A stretch of DNA of 64,000 nt from an uncultured Saprospiraceae bacterium (GTDB lineage Bacteria; Bacteroidota; Bacteroidia; Chitinophagales; Saprospiraceae), in the NCBI GenBank assembly GCA_964630705.1, contig CAZVZH010000002.1:3727-67726 (forward strand). The letters run 5' to 3'. The notes under the pieces are model-generated. The model saw nothing but the letters and a program-made list of their open reading frames with translations. It searched no databases and was not told the DNA's origin. A program made the position numbers and the translations under genes. Below, one piece after another: positions 61,504 through 64,000 of the stretch. Numbering within the stretch: the first letter of the stretch is position 1; each line of letters starts with the position of its first letter.

Positions 61504-63288
61504 ATGAACACATCAGAAACCAAAGCCAGGCTTTCCCGCGAAAGCCTGCGCGAGGCGCTCAAGATTTTTGAATATGTGCGCCCTTACCAGGCCCAGTTTA
61601 TCTGGGGACTCGTTCTGCTTTTTTTATCGAGCGGCATTTTCATGCTCTTCCCTTATCTGATCGGCAAAATGCTCGATGTGGCGCAGGGCGTTACGCTCGA
61701 TTTTGATTTAAAAAAAATGGGTTTGCTGCTCATCGGCATCCTGGCGGTACAAGGCGTGATCTCCTATTTGCGGGTCATGATGTTTGCCGTCGTCAGCGAA
61801 AAAGGCACCGCCGATGTGCGCAAGGCTTTGTACCAAAAACTGATCTCCCTGCCCATCGTTTTTTTTGAAAAAAGCAGGGTAGGGGAGTTGGTTAGCCGGC
61901 TGACCAACGATGTGGAAAAACTCTACAACACCTTTTATTTTATCCTGGCGGAGTTTATTCGCCAGGTCATCATCCTCGTCGGCGGCATCGTCATGCTCAC
62001 CTGGATGACGCCCAAACTGGCGGGCGTCATGCTCATCACCTTTCCGGTGATCGTCGTCGGCGCCTTGTTTTTCGGGCGCTGGGTGCGCAAACTATCCAAG
62101 CGGCGCCAGGAAATACTCGGCGAAACCAACACGGTGCTGGATGAAACGCTCCAGTCGATCCATGCCGTAAAGGCCTTTACCAACGAAGCTTTTGAACAAC
62201 TGCGTTACCGCCGCTCAAACGACGAAGTGGTCGACGTATCGATGCGCTATGCGCGCGGCAGGGCCGTTTTTGCTGTGTTTATCATCACCATGCTCTTCGG
62301 CGCACTCTTTTTTGTCATCGGCTTCGGGATGTACATGGTGCAATCCAAACAAATTACCGCGGGCGAGCTCATCACCTTCGTCACCTACACGGCGGTGATC
62401 GGAGCAGCCATTGCCGGACTCGGCAATTTTTACACCGAACTGGTCGGCACAGTAGGCGCCACCGAGCGCATCCGGGAAATCCTGCGCAGCGCGTCTGAAG
62501 TGGAGGAGCGCCCTCAGTCCAACCAACCGGCTGGGCGACTCACCGGTGATGTCGTCTTCGACGACGTACATTTTTCCTACCCAACCCGGCCCGACATGCC
62601 GGTGCTGCGGGGCGTCAGCCTGACCATTCCTTCCGGCAAAAAAGTGGCGCTGGTCGGTCAAAGCGGCGCGGGAAAGTCGACTATCATGCAACTGCTGTTG
62701 CAGTTTCACCGCCTCGACAGCGGCACAATCAGCATCGACGGTACGGATATTAACGCTTATGACCTGGCGTCGTACCGGCACAATTTTGCCATCGTACCAC
62801 AAGAGGTGATCCTGTTCGGCGGCACTATCCGGGAAAATATTTTGTACGGAAAACCCGAGGCCACGGAGGCCGAACTGGAAGCCGCTGCCCGCAAAGCGAA
62901 CGCCTGGGAATTTATCCAGCGCTTTCCGGAGGGCATGAACACGGTGGTCGGCGAGCGCGGCATCAAACTGTCGGGCGGACAGCGCCAACGCATCGCCATC
63001 GCCCGGGCTATCCTGCGCGACCCGGCTATTTTGCTGCTCGACGAAGCCACCTCCTCGCTCGATGCCGAAAGTGAAAAAGTGGTGCAAGACGCGCTCAACA
63101 ACCTGATGGAAGGCCGCACCAGCATCATCATCGCGCACCGCCTGGCTACCGTGCGGGAAGTCGATTGTATTTATGTGCTGGAAAGCGGCGGGATTGTCGA
63201 GCAAGGCACCCACGAGCAGCTTTCCGCCGTGGAATCCGGCGTGTACAGCAGCCTGGCCAAGTTACAGTTCGACCTGAATCCCAACTAA
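61504..63288 (+). CDS. ABC transporter, fused permease/ATPase (MsbA-like type I exporter)
   Basis: 6-TM domain followed by an NBD with Walker A GQSGAGKST, signature LSGGQRQR and Walker B ILLLDEATS. Confidence 0.9.
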   Translation: MNTSETKARLSRESLREALKIFEYVRPYQAQFIWGLVLLFLSSGIFMLFPYLIGKMLDVAQGVTLDFDLKKMGLLLIGILAVQGVISYLRVMMFAVVSEKGTADVRKALYQKLISLPIVFFEKSRVGELVSRLTNDVEKLYNTFYFILAEFIRQVIILVGGIVMLTWMTPKLAGVMLITFPVIVVGALFFGRWVRKLSKRRQEILGETNTVLDETLQSIHAVKAFTNEAFEQLRYRRSNDEVVDVSMRYARGRAVFAVFIITMLFGALFFVIGFGMYMVQSKQITAGELITFVTYTAVIGAAIAGLGNFYTELVGTVGATERIREILRSASEVEERPQSNQPAGRLTGDVVFDDVHFSYPTRPDMPVLRGVSLTIPSGKKVALVGQSGAGKSTIMQLLLQFHRLDSGTISIDGTDINAYDLASYRHNFAIVPQEVILFGGTIRENILYGKPEATEAELEAAARKANAWEFIQRFPEGMNTVVGERGIKLSGGQRQRIAIARAILRDPAILLLDEATSSLDAESEKVVQDALNNLMEGRTSIIIAHRLATVREVDCIYVLESGGIVEQGTHEQLSAVESGVYSSLAKLQFDLNPN

Positions 63289-63498
63289 TCTGGCCTGCTG
63301 TTCGCATAAAAACTGGAGCAGTTTTTGACCAGAGATTTCCCCTCGCGCTACCGGACATTTTTCGAAAGGGCGGCGGTGGTATTGCCAAACCCCGTGCTTT
63401 GCGACGCTGCCGAACGGGGTTCGGCAGTACGCATCGGAAAACAATCGGCCGTTACAGCCGTTTGAACGAAACCAAATTTTACTGGCTAAATAAAACCT

Positions 63499-64000
63499 AT
63501 GTCCTATTTCAAATCATTCGCCCGCTACTGGGCGCTCCCCATCTTGCTTTTTACCCTTTTCGCCGGAACAGGCGCCGCTCAAACGAACGCCGACGGCTGG
63601 GAGCTGAAAAATGAAAAGAACGGCGTGAAAGTTTATTACCGGAAAACGCCCGGCGTGTATGAATTGAAACTGACCACCTCGATCAAAGTCCCGCTCTCCG
63701 GCATCGTCTCCCTGTTCGACGAAGTTGCCAAATACCCGGAGTGGGGCTACAAAGTCGCCGAGGCCCGGCTGCTCAAGCGGGTATCGCCGACCGAAATGTA
63801 CTACTACTCCCGCATCGATTTCCCCTGGCCCATGAGCGACCGCGATGTCGTGCTGCATACTACCCTGGAACAAAATCCGCACAACCACACCGTTACGTCT
63901 ACCAGCGTTGCCGTTTCGGGCTGGGCGCCGGAGGTCAAAGATGTTGTCCGGCTCAAACGCGCCACCACGCGCTGGACACTTATTCCAGGCGCCGGCGGCT
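63499..64000 (+). CDS. START/lipid-binding-domain-like secreted protein (3' end outside window)
   Basis: My own translation from the ATG at 63499 gives MSYFKSFARYWALPILLFTLFAGTGAAQTNADGWELKNEKNGVKVYYRK...VAKYPEWGY...FPWPMSDRD. The frame is open to the window edge, so it is absent from the ORF track. Confidence 0.6.
   Translation, partial: MSYFKSFARYWALPILLFTLFAGTGAAQTNADGWELKNEKNGVKVYYRKTPGVYELKLTTSIKVPLSGIVSLFDEVAKYPEWGYKVAEARLLKRVSPTEMYYYSRIDFPWPMSDRDVVLHTTLEQNPHNHTVTSTSVAVSGWAPEVKDVVRLKRATTRWTLIPGAGG

Overview
This is a densely packed chromosomal window of about 55 CDS, most likely from a Bacteroidota genome (roughly 55% GC by eye). The phylum call rests on a T9SS type-B C-terminal sorting domain, SprB-type repeats, three TonB-dependent receptors and TAnnTTTG-type -7 boxes. 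All calls come from reading the translations and the DNA by eye. No HMM, BLAST or folding program was run.

Most genes are housekeeping: sbcCD, rsmB-like, fabD, ilvE, surE, era, pyrC, purK/purE, prmC, pyrR-like, lhgO, selD, miaB, an Fe-S oxidoreductase pair, an MsbA-like ABC exporter and an MFS pump.

Items that stand out:
1. A 508-aa ORF (40268-41794) fuses a short helical adaptor-like N-terminus, a trypsin-fold serine protease and a C-terminal TIR-like domain. This is a conflict/abortive-infection style effector with no partner NTPase nearby.
2. A second protein (53859-54608) carries a recognisably similar N-terminal helical module, followed by a TM helix and an SH3-like C-terminus. It is wedged between miaB and a sigma-54 activator.
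3. An intact orphan contractile-tail sheath gene (11378-12904) has no tube or baseplate genes. It sits between a 10.5-kb T9SS adhesin gene and a Rad50/Mre11-type sbcCD pair.
4. A TonB-dependent receptor is translationally coupled (TAATG) to selD.
5. A THI-box (TPP) riboswitch precedes another TonB-dependent receptor.
6. A 95-bp MITE-like element is flanked by 9-bp direct repeats.
7. A 91-bp near-perfect palindrome lies between convergent genes.

No rRNA, tRNA, CRISPR array, integrase or transposase was seen.
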